Shown here one piece after another: positions 36,336-45,864 of a stretch of DNA of 64,000 bases. Below the pieces are notes generated by a model. The model did no database searches. It was not told the origin of the DNA and was given only the letters and a program-made list of their open reading frames with translations. The DNA is from an archaeon (GTDB lineage: Archaea > SpSt-1190 > DYHY01). The position numbers were made by a program, and so were the translations under genes. Numbering within the stretch: the first letter of the stretch is position 1; the number at the start of each line of letters is the position of its first letter. The DNA lies in the NCBI GenBank assembly GCA_043803745.1, contig JAZDJS010000049.1, positions 13,920-77,919 of the forward strand, in the 5' to 3' direction.

Positions 36336-37538
36336 TCAACGGCTCACCAGCACGCTTATTGTTTTCGTAAGCGGTTTGTTCGAGCCTCCCGGCTCAAGGG
36401 TCACGTCAACCTTGTATTTTCCGGGCAGCGCGGGAACTTTGAGCTTGTACTCGATCTGGCCGCTCTGCTGGGTCGTTGTCTCATACCGTACCCCGTCTAT
36501 CACTATGATCACCCGGCCGCCCAAGACGGGGGTGCCGTCCGCGAAGAAGGCGGATCCCTGCAGCGTGTAGAACGCGGCAGGCCTCGTCTGGGTTTCGGAT
36601 TCGTTTATGTCGAGGAGGAGCGCCTGCGGCGGAAGAGCGACCATGAAAATCGCGACCCCGATAAGAAGCATTATCGCGGCGTGCTTTATTCCGGCGACGA
36701 CCCTTCCCTCGCCAAGCTGCCCGGCAAGAAGCCCGTTGAAAACGGCCTGGATTATCACCATTGAGAAGAACATCTTCCGGTAGTAGGACGGCCCGAACTG
36801 GGAGGACGTTCCCCCGCCGCTTCCGAAAAGCCCGCCTCCTCCTGCGGAAAGATTCATCGCGAAAAGGGGTCCCAAAATCTTCTGGAGGACTATGACCATC
36901 CCCAGGAAGATGAAGAAAATCACATACATCACGAGGACCTGCTGAGCCAGCTTGTTCTGCCTATCCGCCTCAAGATCCTTTACGAGCACGGCATTGCTTG
37001 CAACCGAGGACATTGCCTCCGCGATGTCTCCGCCGGATTCGAAGGCTTCCATCACGACGGTAACAGTGTGCTTGATGAAATCGGAGCGGCTCATCCGGTC
37101 CTCGAACATCCGGATTACCTTCGGGAACGGGACGCCCCAGGAAAGCTGGGCGGACATCTTCTGTATTTCCGGAGAGAGGGCGCCATAGTCGACGTCCCTT
37201 GCCTGGAGTATTGCATCGATAAGGGTTATCCCCGATTTCTGGGCTTCCGCAAGGGAACGGAGAAAGTCCGGGAACTTGTCCTCGATTGCCTTTGTCCGCT
37301 TGTAATCATAGTACTGGTAGAAAAGATGCGGCGCCGCGCCGATTCCGAACACGAACGGAAGGTACTGGACCGATGTCGGGACATCGAAGCCGTTGATGTA
37401 AAAGTCGATGAACAGCAGGGCGATTGCAAGGACCCCGGAGAAATACATCACCTTGTGCTTTGTATCGGTTACCCTGCCGAGGACTATTTGGAGGTCGCTT
37501 GGCTTCTTAATTCTCGCTTCGTCTTCGGTTTTTTCCAT
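36336..37538 (-). CDS. Type II/IV secretion F-family (TadC/ArlJ-like) membrane platform with C-terminal Ig-like domain
   Basis: FPDFLRSLAEAQKSG, DYGALSPEI..M...LSWG, ESGGDI and GLLAGQL..G...AGIKH motifs. Confidence 0.9.
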   Translation of the reverse strand: MEKTEDEARIKKPSDLQIVLGRVTDTKHKVMYFSGVLAIALLFIDFYINGFDVPTSVQYLPFVFGIGAAPHLFYQYYDYKRTKAIEDKFPDFLRSLAEAQKSGITLIDAILQARDVDYGALSPEIQKMSAQLSWGVPFPKVIRMFEDRMSRSDFIKHTVTVVMEAFESGGDIAEAMSSVASNAVLVKDLEADRQNKLAQQVLVMYVIFFIFLGMVIVLQKILGPLFAMNLSAGGGGLFGSGGGTSSQFGPSYYRKMFFSMVIIQAVFNGLLAGQLGEGRVVAGIKHAAIMLLIGVAIFMVALPPQALLLDINESETQTRPAAFYTLQGSAFFADGTPVLGGRVIIVIDGVRYETTTQQSGQIEYKLKVPALPGKYKVDVTLEPGGSNKPLTKTISVLVSR

Positions 37539-37562
37539 TTTGTTCCCTCCTCTTTTGCTGGT

Positions 37563-38441
37563 TCAGGTCGGCGAAATCATCGAAATCAGGAGCATGAAAC
37601 CGACCGAGATCATCGGCAGGACCGCGTAAATGACAATGTTCTGTATCATCACCATCGCTGTCCCGGTCGTCCCTATCATGTTCATTATGGTCGACATTAT
37701 TATGAAGAAGATGCTTCCGACAATAACCGCCGTTATGTAAAGCTCCGTGAAAAGCGAGAGCTCCTCGACGTAGTTGTCGATGTTCCGCCGGTAGTTCTGC
37801 ATGTAGCCCTTGCCCTTCTCAATCAGGAACGAACGCAAATCCCCCCCGGTCACCAGGGTCGACCTCATCCCCCAGAGGAGCCCCTTCAGCTCCTCGGACG
37901 GGGTCCGGTCGGCTGCCCGTGAAAGGGCTGTTGCGATGTCGGTGCCGAAAAGCTCGGTGTCGGCAATTATCCCCCGGGCCTCCCTCGAGATTTCCCCGTA
38001 TTCCGGGAAGTCGGCAAGTATCTTGAAGATCGCGTCCGTCGTCATCCCGGTTCCCGCGAGGGTCGAAAGGTAGATTGTCGCGAAGGGAAGGGCGTTCTCG
38101 ATCGATTTCTTCATCGATTCGGCCTTGATCGTCGGATAGAAGTACAGCAGGGAAAGGATCAGCGCGGCGGTCGTTACGCCGACCAGGAAGGTGACGCCGA
38201 CGGTCGTGGAAATCGGAAGCCCGAGCGCAATGCAGAGAACGAAGGCCATCGGGGCTGTCATGAGCGGGGTCAGCACCCCTGTTAGGAGGCCGGATGAAAC
38301 GAACTCGTCAACTGACATCCGTATCCCCGCCTTGCGCAAGTCCTCCTTGAGCGGCGCGAAAATTACCGAGTTTGAATCGACGAACCCGCCGAAAACGGCA
38401 AGGGACATCTTAGTGTATGGGTCTACGTCCGCTATTGCCAT
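37563..38441 (-). CDS. Type II/IV secretion F-family (TadB/C-like) protein
   Basis: LPFATIYLSTLAG.G, YGEISRE, RTPSEEL and TGGDL motifs. Confidence 0.9.
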   Translation of the reverse strand: MAIADVDPYTKMSLAVFGGFVDSNSVIFAPLKEDLRKAGIRMSVDEFVSSGLLTGVLTPLMTAPMAFVLCIALGLPISTTVGVTFLVGVTTAALILSLLYFYPTIKAESMKKSIENALPFATIYLSTLAGTGMTTDAIFKILADFPEYGEISREARGIIADTELFGTDIATALSRAADRTPSEELKGLLWGMRSTLVTGGDLRSFLIEKGKGYMQNYRRNIDNYVEELSLFTELYITAVIVGSIFFIIMSTIMNMIGTTGTAMVMIQNIVIYAVLPMISVGFMLLISMISPT

Positions 38442-38444
38442 GAA

Positions 38445-40343
38445 CTACTTCTTTTCCGCCCCCGGGACAATCTTTCCTGGCACCGGCTCATGGAGCTCCC
38501 TTGAAACCATCTGCATCATTTCAGCCGGATTCGTGTAATACTTTGCAACATAGCTTGCGAACAGGCGGTAATCCTTGACGTGCTTCAGTTTCAGCCATTC
38601 GAGAAGCTTTGCGCGCCGCGCGATTTCCGAAAGGATGCTTGCCTCGGTAATCCCCCTGAAATGGGCGAGCTTCTCAAGGATTATGCTCGGATCCTTCGGG
38701 ACGATCTTGTCCTCGATTGCGTTCCACTCGAAAACTGTGTTGCTTTTCAGGGTTCCGTCCTTCAGCATGACCTTCCTGATCTCGACAATCTGGCTCGCCC
38801 TGCGGACATACTGCCCCTTCAGTTTCGTCCGCACTATGAATATTATCGCATCGAGGTTCTCGAGCATTGCCGGTGAAAGCGAAATCGGCGGGGTTACGAG
38901 GCGGTCGACCACCTTCTGCACGTTGTCGGCGTGGAGCGTCCCGAGGGCGGGGTGCCCGGTTGCCATTCCCTGGAACATTACGTTGGCTTCCGCGCCCCTG
39001 ACTTCCCCGACGATTATGTAGTCCGGTCTCTGACGGAGCGACGCCTTCAGGAGGTCGAACATCTCAACGGAGCCATATCTTTTCTCGCTTGAGACTGCCC
39101 GGGCGACCTGGGGAATCCAGTTCGGGTGAGGCAACTGGAGTTCGGCAGTGTCCTCGATTGAAACTATCTTCTTCGTCGGCTGGATGAAAAGTGAAATCGC
39201 GTTGAGCGCGGTGGTCTTCCCCGTTGCGGTCGCCCCGGAAACCAGGATTGACTTGCCCTGTTCGATAAGGAACCAGATGTACGCAAGAGCGAGAGTCGAA
39301 AGGGTCCCCATTTCAATAAGGTCGACCGGCGTGAAGGGCCTCTCGGAGAATTTCCGTATCGTGAAATTGCTTCCCCTGCGCGCGATGTCCGAGCCAAGGG
39401 TTGCCTGGAGACGGCTTCCGTCGGGGAGGGTTGCGTCGAGAAGCGGGGTTGCGACCGAAATCGCCCTGCGGCACCTCTGCGCAAGCTTGACGGCGAACGA
39501 GTCGAGCTCGGCTTTCGTCTTGAACGTGATGTTTGTCCGCATTTCCCCGTATTCCGGGTTCCGGTGGACGATGTATGCGGGGATGCCCACCCCGTCACAG
39601 GAAATGTCCTCGATTTGCGGGTCGTGCATCAGCGGCTCTATCTCGTTGAGCCCGACGAAATCCCTGAATAGGTAATATTCGAACCGCGCCCTCTGCTCCT
39701 CGCTAAGCTTGATGTTGAAAAGCTCGACAATCCTGTAGAAATTCTCCTTGAGATATGCGAACTGGCTTGTCTGGGAGACTGCGGCGAAGTCGATGTCAAG
39801 CTTCTCCTCGAGTTTCTTCTCTATTTTCCTGAGGAGCTCATTCTCCTCGGGGCTTATCTGGGGCTCGATCACCTGATAGATGAGGCACTGCTCCTCGGGG
39901 CTCCAGAAAATCTGGACGTATGAGAAAACCTGACCTGTCTCGGATGCGATGAGCGGATAGGATTCCCTTATGTTCGCCTTGCTTTTCTCCTTCCATTCCG
40001 CGGAAACGGGGGCGCTTGTTTCCCCGGCAAGCCCCTCGTGAAGCAGGAATCCCTTGAATTTCGAATCCTCGTCTTCGTCCTCATCCTTCTTCTCCCGTTC
40101 GAATCCGTCAATGTGAAGCGTCTGGGAGAATGGATATGCCTGCTGCGGCGAGGTGACGTTCACGTTTATCCTCTGGCCGGAAGCGGCGCCGGCCGCAAGA
40201 AACCGCCTTGCAAGGACGCGGTTCCGCATTTTGGAAATCGCGCCTCTCACAATTGCCGAAGAGGTTATCGATCCGGGGCGGGCCGGCTGCCTGAGGAGGC
40301 GCTTTCTCATTAGTTTCTTTTTGTTTATTGGCATTGGGATCAT
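38445..40343 (-). CDS. Type II/IV secretion/pilus assembly ATPase (VirB11/ArlI/TadA family)
   Basis: IEDISCDG, Walker A GATATGKTT, SIEDTAEL, LRQRPDYIIVGEVRG and TGH...TLHA motifs. Confidence 0.95.
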   Translation of the reverse strand: MIPMPINKKKLMRKRLLRQPARPGSITSSAIVRGAISKMRNRVLARRFLAAGAASGQRINVNVTSPQQAYPFSQTLHIDGFEREKKDEDEDEDSKFKGFLLHEGLAGETSAPVSAEWKEKSKANIRESYPLIASETGQVFSYVQIFWSPEEQCLIYQVIEPQISPEENELLRKIEKKLEEKLDIDFAAVSQTSQFAYLKENFYRIVELFNIKLSEEQRARFEYYLFRDFVGLNEIEPLMHDPQIEDISCDGVGIPAYIVHRNPEYGEMRTNITFKTKAELDSFAVKLAQRCRRAISVATPLLDATLPDGSRLQATLGSDIARRGSNFTIRKFSERPFTPVDLIEMGTLSTLALAYIWFLIEQGKSILVSGATATGKTTALNAISLFIQPTKKIVSIEDTAELQLPHPNWIPQVARAVSSEKRYGSVEMFDLLKASLRQRPDYIIVGEVRGAEANVMFQGMATGHPALGTLHADNVQKVVDRLVTPPISLSPAMLENLDAIIFIVRTKLKGQYVRRASQIVEIRKVMLKDGTLKSNTVFEWNAIEDKIVPKDPSIILEKLAHFRGITEASILSEIARRAKLLEWLKLKHVKDYRLFASYVAKYYTNPAEMMQMVSRELHEPVPGKIVPGAEKK

Positions 40344-40352
40344 TCCTTGTTC

Positions 40353-41060
40353 TTATCCTACCGAGAGCGCAAGATTCATCCTGTCATTGCTATTATATGT
40401 TACTGCCGCAAGTTCCGCCGAGGAGCCGAATATTTCCCCTAGGACGCTGCGGGAAAGCTTCACCGGGTAATATGCAACCTTCCCGCCCGCGAAAGCCCTT
40501 ACGCAGGAAGGAGGGTCGTTCCCGATCCGGCAGGACGAGTCGTTGGCCTTTGAGAAGGAAATCTCATATGACGCTCCCGAAAGCTCCCTCGGGAAGCGCA
40601 GGAAAAGGGTGAAGTTGGATTCAGGATTCCGGTCTGCGAGGATGTCCGCCTGGGCAAGGGCAAACGCAAGGTCGCTTGCAGCGGCGGAAAGGCTGTTCTT
40701 TATTTCCGAATCCTTGATTCCCTCGGAGATTTTCCCGAACATCATTGCGACAAGCGTGAGAATCATGAAAGCCGAGAGGGAGAGGAGGGAGAATTCGATA
40801 ATTTCCTTTTGTGCGCGGCGAGCCTGCCGGCATATTTGCGCACAAAAGACTTCGCTCCGCTCAGCCTTCTGAGCCCGCCGATACCCGAATCCTATTGGGC
40901 TCAGAAACTTCCGCTTCGCTGCAGCTTTTTGGACTCTGCCCAAAAAACCTCGCTGATGCTCGGCCTTCTGGCGTTTCAGTCCAGGAAATTCCGCCAGATT
41001 TCTCCAGTGCTGAAGCACGGACCCTCTAAGGAGGGGCTGAAGCTCAACCTTCTTTCTCAT
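40353..41060 (-). CDS. Pilin-like protein whose leader is extended by four in-frame insertions
   Basis: RRA|QKEIIEFSLL plus a hydrophobic helix; upstream leader repeats RRAQK, RVQK and KRQK. Confidence 0.75.
   Translation of the reverse strand: MRKKVELQPLLRGSVLQHWRNLAEFPGLKRQKAEHQRGFLGRVQKAAAKRKFLSPIGFGYRRAQKAERSEVFCAQICRQARRAQKEIIEFSLLSLSAFMILTLVAMMFGKISEGIKDSEIKNSLSAAASDLAFALAQADILADRNPESNFTLFLRFPRELSGASYEISFSKANDSSCRIGNDPPSCVRAFAGGKVAYYPVKLSRSVLGEIFGSSAELAAVTYNSNDRMNLALSVG
40805..41047 (+). repeat. Four stacked fold-back insertion units (60, 60, 39 and 84 nt)
   Basis: Each starts C(C/T)TT(T/C)TG, folds onto its own antisense copy, and ends GCTCAG, GCTGCAG, GCTCGG or GCTCAA. Confidence 0.9.
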
Positions 41061-41181
41061 TCTGGCTGTGTAACGTAACTCAGTGAATATAAACCTTTTT
41101 GGGGCCCTTCGGAATTTAGATTGCTGTTGTTGTTGCGGATTGAATCCTCAGTCTTTCCGGGTGGGGGCGGGAAATTTGGGA

Positions 41182-41943
41182 TTAGTTTGTATCAACTGAG
41201 CCCCTGTCGGGGACGGCCTTAGCGGCAGCTGCTTTTTTGGACTCCGCTTCGGCGCGCGCCTCAGGGTCCCCGTATGCAGCGGCAAGGCGGCTGCTCAGTT
41301 CAGTCTTTTTCTCATATGTCATCCTGAAAACCTCATCCGCAAGCCCCAGGAGGCCGGCGTAGATTGTCACGCGGTCAGTCTCGGAAATTCCCGTGGGAAC
41401 ATCGGCGCGCACGCTAAGATTCCCGTTCAGAAGGCATACTGTATAGGGATTCAGGGAATTTTCGCCATATGCGAATTGGCCGACAACCAGAGACAGACTT
41501 GGAGCGGGTTTGTCATAATTAGACTCAGACCTAGTTATTGACCTAGTTATTGCAGTTATTAGTATTCCTGCCTTTACGTCTGCAAGAGCAAGTCCGCCTG
41601 AAACATATTCGCCGCCCTTGAAAAACGCTGAGGGAAGTCCTCCAAGAACTCTGTTTTTGGCAAGCTCTTCGAACGCTTCGTAAATCGCTTGATATTGCAG
41701 GGTTTCCCCAGACACGTCCGGGTAAAAAGGCGTTTCCATGCGGAATGGGTCAATATTGACCGTGATTTCGTGTTTCGTTACAGCAAGCTCAGAATCATCG
41801 TCATCATACCTGAACGTTACGGTATGCTGCGGCGAGCCCTTGCTTACGCCATCCATTATCCCTGGAAGTGCTGCAGCAGTGCTCCTTATGCCATATGCCG
41901 TTCTCTCGTCTTGGTCGATTGCAACGCTTGTCAGCTTTATCAT
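41182..41943 (-). CDS. Hypothetical protein (possible paralog family with 44200-46428)
   Basis: 253-aa ORF with an AT-rich promoter at about 41965-41978. Confidence 0.65.
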   Translation of the reverse strand: MIKLTSVAIDQDERTAYGIRSTAAALPGIMDGVSKGSPQHTVTFRYDDDDSELAVTKHEITVNIDPFRMETPFYPDVSGETLQYQAIYEAFEELAKNRVLGGLPSAFFKGGEYVSGGLALADVKAGILITAITRSITRSESNYDKPAPSLSLVVGQFAYGENSLNPYTVCLLNGNLSVRADVPTGISETDRVTIYAGLLGLADEVFRMTYEKKTELSSRLAAAYGDPEARAEAESKKAAAAKAVPDRGSVDTN

Positions 41944-42011
41944 GTCTCAGACCAGGGAGTTTGGCTTTATAATATTATCTACTGGGGAATGGTTTATTTC
42001 AGCTATCCGGC

Positions 42012-42932
42012 CTATTTCATCATAATCGAAATAGTTACTGTCCTTACCTTCCTTCCGGCAACAATCGAGAGCGTCGAACCCTCGTTCTTCAGTATTACCG
42101 AGAAGGTGCCCCTTGTTGTTACGCTCGTTCCCTCGGCGGGAACCGCCTTAATCACGAGCTGCTCGCTCCCGACCGGGTCGAAAATGTTCCTTGGCTTGAG
42201 CTTGAGGCGCGTCCTGAAAAGCTTGCCAATCGGTTCGGACTGGGCAAGGACTGCTCCGGGCTTGTCTTTTCCTAGGAGCCCCGTTCCGGTCTCGTATTTC
42301 TCGGAAACAACGCTTGCGTAATTGTTCGCATAGTCCGCGGCATCGAGGCGGAACTCGGTCCCCTCGACATTCGGGAAGAATGTCCCGACAATCGAATATG
42401 ACTGGCCAGTCCCAGGGAACTTTATTGAATTGTCCGGGCAGAGGCAGACTTCCTTCCCGTATATTTCGGGGGGCAGGTCAGTTGCGGAAGTGAAAGTCCC
42501 GTTCTTGCTGCAGGCAGTGTAGATTCCGCTTGCGCAGGTTCCGCTGGAAATCGGCTCGGCAAGGAGCCAGGCCTCCTTCTGGATGTACGGGGAAATCGAA
42601 TCGTCGATCGTCGTCTCCCTCGGGGCGAAGAAGCGCATTTCAGTCGAGAGCGTGTAAGTAAGGACGTAGTTGTCGGTCTGGTCGGGCTCTATCTTCATTT
42701 CGCCCTTGTCAACCTGGACCGTTGTCGCTGACTGACCGCCCTCCCGGGCAACCCGCGCGAAATCGTTCGAAATCCGCCCGAAGGTCTGCTTCACATATTC
42801 TATCCTGTTGGCATCCCCGCTCTTTGAAATGAGGGGCATTCCCCATGTATATGCGGCTGCTATCGAGCCGAGAACTATTGCAACGAGGACAACTGTCCCG
42901 ACGATTTCAGATTGGGAAGGTCTTTTAGCCAT
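42012..42932 (-). CDS. Pilin-like protein with class III signal peptide
   Basis: KRPS|QSEIVGTVVLVAIVLG..AAYTWGMPLI. Confidence 0.8.
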   Translation of the reverse strand: MAKRPSQSEIVGTVVLVAIVLGSIAAAYTWGMPLISKSGDANRIEYVKQTFGRISNDFARVAREGGQSATTVQVDKGEMKIEPDQTDNYVLTYTLSTEMRFFAPRETTIDDSISPYIQKEAWLLAEPISSGTCASGIYTACSKNGTFTSATDLPPEIYGKEVCLCPDNSIKFPGTGQSYSIVGTFFPNVEGTEFRLDAADYANNYASVVSEKYETGTGLLGKDKPGAVLAQSEPIGKLFRTRLKLKPRNIFDPVGSEQLVIKAVPAEGTSVTTRGTFSVILKNEGSTLSIVAGRKVRTVTISIMMK

Positions 42933-42970
42933 TCTGACAGTCCCTCGTCCCGCTCATTATTAATGTTTAC

Positions 42971-43057
42971 TGAATCGCGAACGCCTCGGCCTTTAGGCCG
43001 AGGTGAGATATCCCGCGATTCATGTCAAGCCCCGCCCTTCAGGGCGAGGTCTTTGAC
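42971..43057 (-). mobile_element. Non-autonomous IS200/IS605-type miniature element (PATE-like)
   Basis: Two related hairpins, CCTCGCCC-TGAA-GGGCGGGG (after GTCAA) and CCTCGGCC-TAAA-GGCCGAGG, resembling IS200/IS605 left and right ends; no ORF between them. Confidence 0.7.
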
Positions 43058-43151
43058 CCGAAATTCCCGATGATTAATCAGTTAATGCAAATCGGGGGGG
43101 CCTGCCGGGCAGCCGAGCGGCTAAGAAACCAACCGAACCCGCAATCCGCAA

Positions 43152-43676
43152 TCAGTTGGGGGAATACTGGTAGGTTGTCATGTCGAGGCTGCCATAGGGC
43201 GGCTGGACCTTCACTGAAAGGCGCGGATAGCTTCCCCCGACCGGCGAGCCGTACGTGCTGTTGCAGGTCAGCATCATCACAGTGTCAATGCCGAAGTTTC
43301 CGCCAAGCGCGTCAAGTTCGGAGCCGAGATATGTGCAATCGGCGGTGGCAAGCGTTGTCGGACCGACCGAAGACGGCTTGCTGTCGAAGTAAACGATTGT
43401 CTTGTCAAAGTCCGTTGCCGGAAGCTCGTAGGAGCCCGTGTTCCTGACAACGATGAAAATGTCGGAGGACTCGTTCCAGATTGAGTCGATTGTATATCGC
43501 GTGTTCTGCCTCTTCAGGTCGTCGGTGAGGCGGTTCGTCCCTTCGCTCCTGAGCATGTCGCCGAGCTTCACAATCCACAAATATGCCGCTCCCGCGGCTG
43601 CGATTGTCATTAGCAAAAGCAGGATTACCGCAACTACCGGCGTTATCCCTTTTCTTCCCTTTCTGTTGGTTCTCAT
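43152..43676 (-). CDS. Archaeal type IV pilin (archaellin/pilin N-terminal domain)
   Basis: RKG|ITPVVAVILLLLMTIAAAGAAYLW; start at ATG 43676. Confidence 0.9.
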   Translation of the reverse strand: MRTNRKGRKGITPVVAVILLLLMTIAAAGAAYLWIVKLGDMLRSEGTNRLTDDLKRQNTRYTIDSIWNESSDIFIVVRNTGSYELPATDFDKTIVYFDSKPSSVGPTTLATADCTYLGSELDALGGNFGIDTVMMLTCNSTYGSPVGGSYPRLSVKVQPPYGSLDMTTYQYSPN

Positions 43677-43677
43677 T

Positions 43678-44091
43678 TTACTTTTCCCCTCCGGAAACCC
43701 GCGACATTTCCTTTGCAATCACGCTGAGCGAGTTTATCAGCGAGTTGTTCTGGTCGATTATCTTCTCAAGCCGCTCGTCCGGCTGTCCGGCTGCCTGGAT
43801 TGCGTTGGCTTCCTCCTCCGCTCCGGAGACGAGTTCCTCAACAAGGCGGTTTATCGATTCCGCGAGCTTGTCAAGCTTCGAGTTGGTTTCGCTTATCTTG
43901 TTTATCAGCTCACCCTGTTTCGTTGAAAGCTGGTCGACAATTGCCTGGTTCATCCTGAGAATCTCGACAATCTGGTTAACGAGGACCGACTGGTCCGGGG
44001 AGGCTTTCATCTGGTTTCTAAGGGACTGGATCTCCCGCTCAATCTTCCTAACCGGTGTTATCGGAACTAGTTCAAAGTCGTCTTCTGACAT
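43678..44091 (-). CDS. Coiled-coil hypothetical protein
   Basis: DFELVPITPVRKIEREI followed by heptad repeats; directly upstream of the pilin. Confidence 0.7.
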   Translation of the reverse strand: MSEDDFELVPITPVRKIEREIQSLRNQMKASPDQSVLVNQIVEILRMNQAIVDQLSTKQGELINKISETNSKLDKLAESINRLVEELVSGAEEEANAIQAAGQPDERLEKIIDQNNSLINSLSVIAKEMSRVSGGEK

Positions 44092-44199
44092 TGCAATCAG
44101 TTACAAACTGCTCGCCGGATATAAAAGCATTTTGGCCTTTTTTCAGTAATTCCGGAAAAGGGCGTTTCCAGTCCGATTTAGCGGCGTTGAGGGGTTATC

Positions 44200-45273
44200 T
44201 CAGGCAGGTGAATATTCCGAATCAACATATTGAAGAGCTTTGCAGAAAAGGTTGACAACGTGCCTTGAGGGCGCTGTTGCGGATGCGGTTACTGTAATGT
44301 CCCGACCTTTTCTCCGGATTTCCGCGACGTTGCCGAACGCTATTTCCGTCCAGCCATGGCGAACGACTTCCTCACCAAGAACGGTTTCCGGAAGAGCTTC
44401 CCACAAATCTTCCATCAAGCCGGGAGAGTTCCCCCAGAATGAAGTATAGAGTCTCGGAAGCCCGGTTTCATCCTTGACGGCGCCATAGCCGGCGGGCTTT
44501 GATGTTGCAAATATTATCGGTGAGTTTGGTACAAGGCCGTTGCCACAGGAAACGTATCTGTCGCAAGCGTGCCCGGAAATTCTCAAATGCGCGCCTGGAT
44601 TCGCCCTTGCCGCATCAAGCCCATTCGCAAGAGCTTTTCTTCCCGGATACGCCGAAAGCTCCGCCGCCCCCTGTTTCAGATCACTTATGACCATTTGGAA
44701 ACCGTCCTGATTCTGGTATGCTTCCTCAAGCTCAGCCAAGGTCTTCAAGAAAAGCCACGCAACCTCGCCTGAAGGCGCGTTCTGTTGTGCGGTAACTGAA
44801 AGGTTCCAGCCTCTGCTTCTTGCGGTGACAATTTTGCCAACCGTCAGGGTTCTTCCGGAATAATAGGTTGTCTCGCCACCCACTTCATCCGGAAATGCCT
44901 CGAAACAATCTTCTGGAAGAAATCCCGCATCCTCAAACGCGACATGCATCCGCGGCGTTTTTCCCGTTTTTCCAGCCCCAAACCCTCCGGTTTCAGAAGT
45001 TATCGTTATTTTCGGCTCGCGCGGGAGAAGGAAGGTTTCACCAAGACCGGCGTAAAATCCTGAAATTGGCTTGCCATCGATAACAACCCTTGAGCCAGGG
45101 TCTATTGCAACCGAATCCAATGACTTTTCTAATAGGCAAATTCCTTTTTCTGAAGGGGTTTTCCAATCTGTCCGCCTGCGGGCTCCGGGAGCGCTGCTTG
45201 GAGGTGGGCAGTTATGCCAGTAAACAGGGCGGTTTCTTTCATCTCCCCAATATATTGGCGCGCCAAGAGGCAT
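44200..45273 (-). CDS. Hypothetical protein, apparently two internal repeats
   Basis: Halves end LSVTAQQNAPS..VAWLF..L....Y and ITVTASATAPS..VVNLF..L....Y. Confidence 0.65.
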   Translation of the reverse strand: MPLGAPIYWGDERNRPVYWHNCPPPSSAPGARRRTDWKTPSEKGICLLEKSLDSVAIDPGSRVVIDGKPISGFYAGLGETFLLPREPKITITSETGGFGAGKTGKTPRMHVAFEDAGFLPEDCFEAFPDEVGGETTYYSGRTLTVGKIVTARSRGWNLSVTAQQNAPSGEVAWLFLKTLAELEEAYQNQDGFQMVISDLKQGAAELSAYPGRKALANGLDAARANPGAHLRISGHACDRYVSCGNGLVPNSPIIFATSKPAGYGAVKDETGLPRLYTSFWGNSPGLMEDLWEALPETVLGEEVVRHGWTEIAFGNVAEIRRKGRDITVTASATAPSRHVVNLFCKALQYVDSEYSPA

Positions 45274-45294
45274 TTCGTTTTTCTTTCCTCCTTT

Positions 45295-45861
45295 TTAAGA
45301 CGGTGCTAACTCCTTGTAAGATTCGGAAAGGGCATGGAGCCCCCTGCAAAGGTCCCGAAGGATTATCTTGTCAGCATAGCCGGGCTGGCAGAACGACTTG
45401 GTTGTCACGACCCCTTTTTCGAAAAGGATGTCAACGCTCGGTTTCCCGTTAAACTCAACCGAAAAATGTTTTTTCCCCCCATTTTTGGCAACAACCGAAT
45501 ATCCGCGCGCTTTGCAGAATTCCTGGCATAGCCCGTTTTCAAGCTCATCTGGCAGAGCAGTTCCGCCCAGTTCAATTGCAACTGAAAGGCCGGTCCAGCT
45601 GTATTTCGGGTCATCAAGGCTATCTGCCGGAATCCCTTCCGCTGAGACGAGAGCGGGGTTTTCATAGGTTCCCTTCTTCGCATAAGTTATTTCGAATTCC
45701 GTGGGGATTGCGCCTTCAAGGGACAAATCGGCCGCTTCGACGCGGCTCGGTTCCAGAGCCTGCATTCCCGGGGCTTTCAGCTTGGCAAGTTTCCCCATCA
45801 CCTTCGAAACAGTTGGGTTTTCCTCAAGGCCTGCGTATCTCCGGTATCCTTCGCTAGGCAT
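45295..45861 (-). CDS. Hypothetical protein
   Basis: 188-aa ORF in tandem with its neighbours. Confidence 0.65.
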   Translation of the reverse strand: MPSEGYRRYAGLEENPTVSKVMGKLAKLKAPGMQALEPSRVEAADLSLEGAIPTEFEITYAKKGTYENPALVSAEGIPADSLDDPKYSWTGLSVAIELGGTALPDELENGLCQEFCKARGYSVVAKNGGKKHFSVEFNGKPSVDILFEKGVVTTKSFCQPGYADKIILRDLCRGLHALSESYKELAPS

Positions 45862-45864
45862 TCC

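Noticed and set aside
41529-41560. 12-bp tandem repeat GACCTAGTTATT within an ORFan
   Set aside because: A simple in-frame slippage duplication with no antisense arm or tail.
32386-43676. Archaellum (motility) operon
   Set aside because: No ArlH (KaiC-like), ArlF/G or chemotaxis genes are visible; two F-family genes and many pilins fit a type IV pilus instead.
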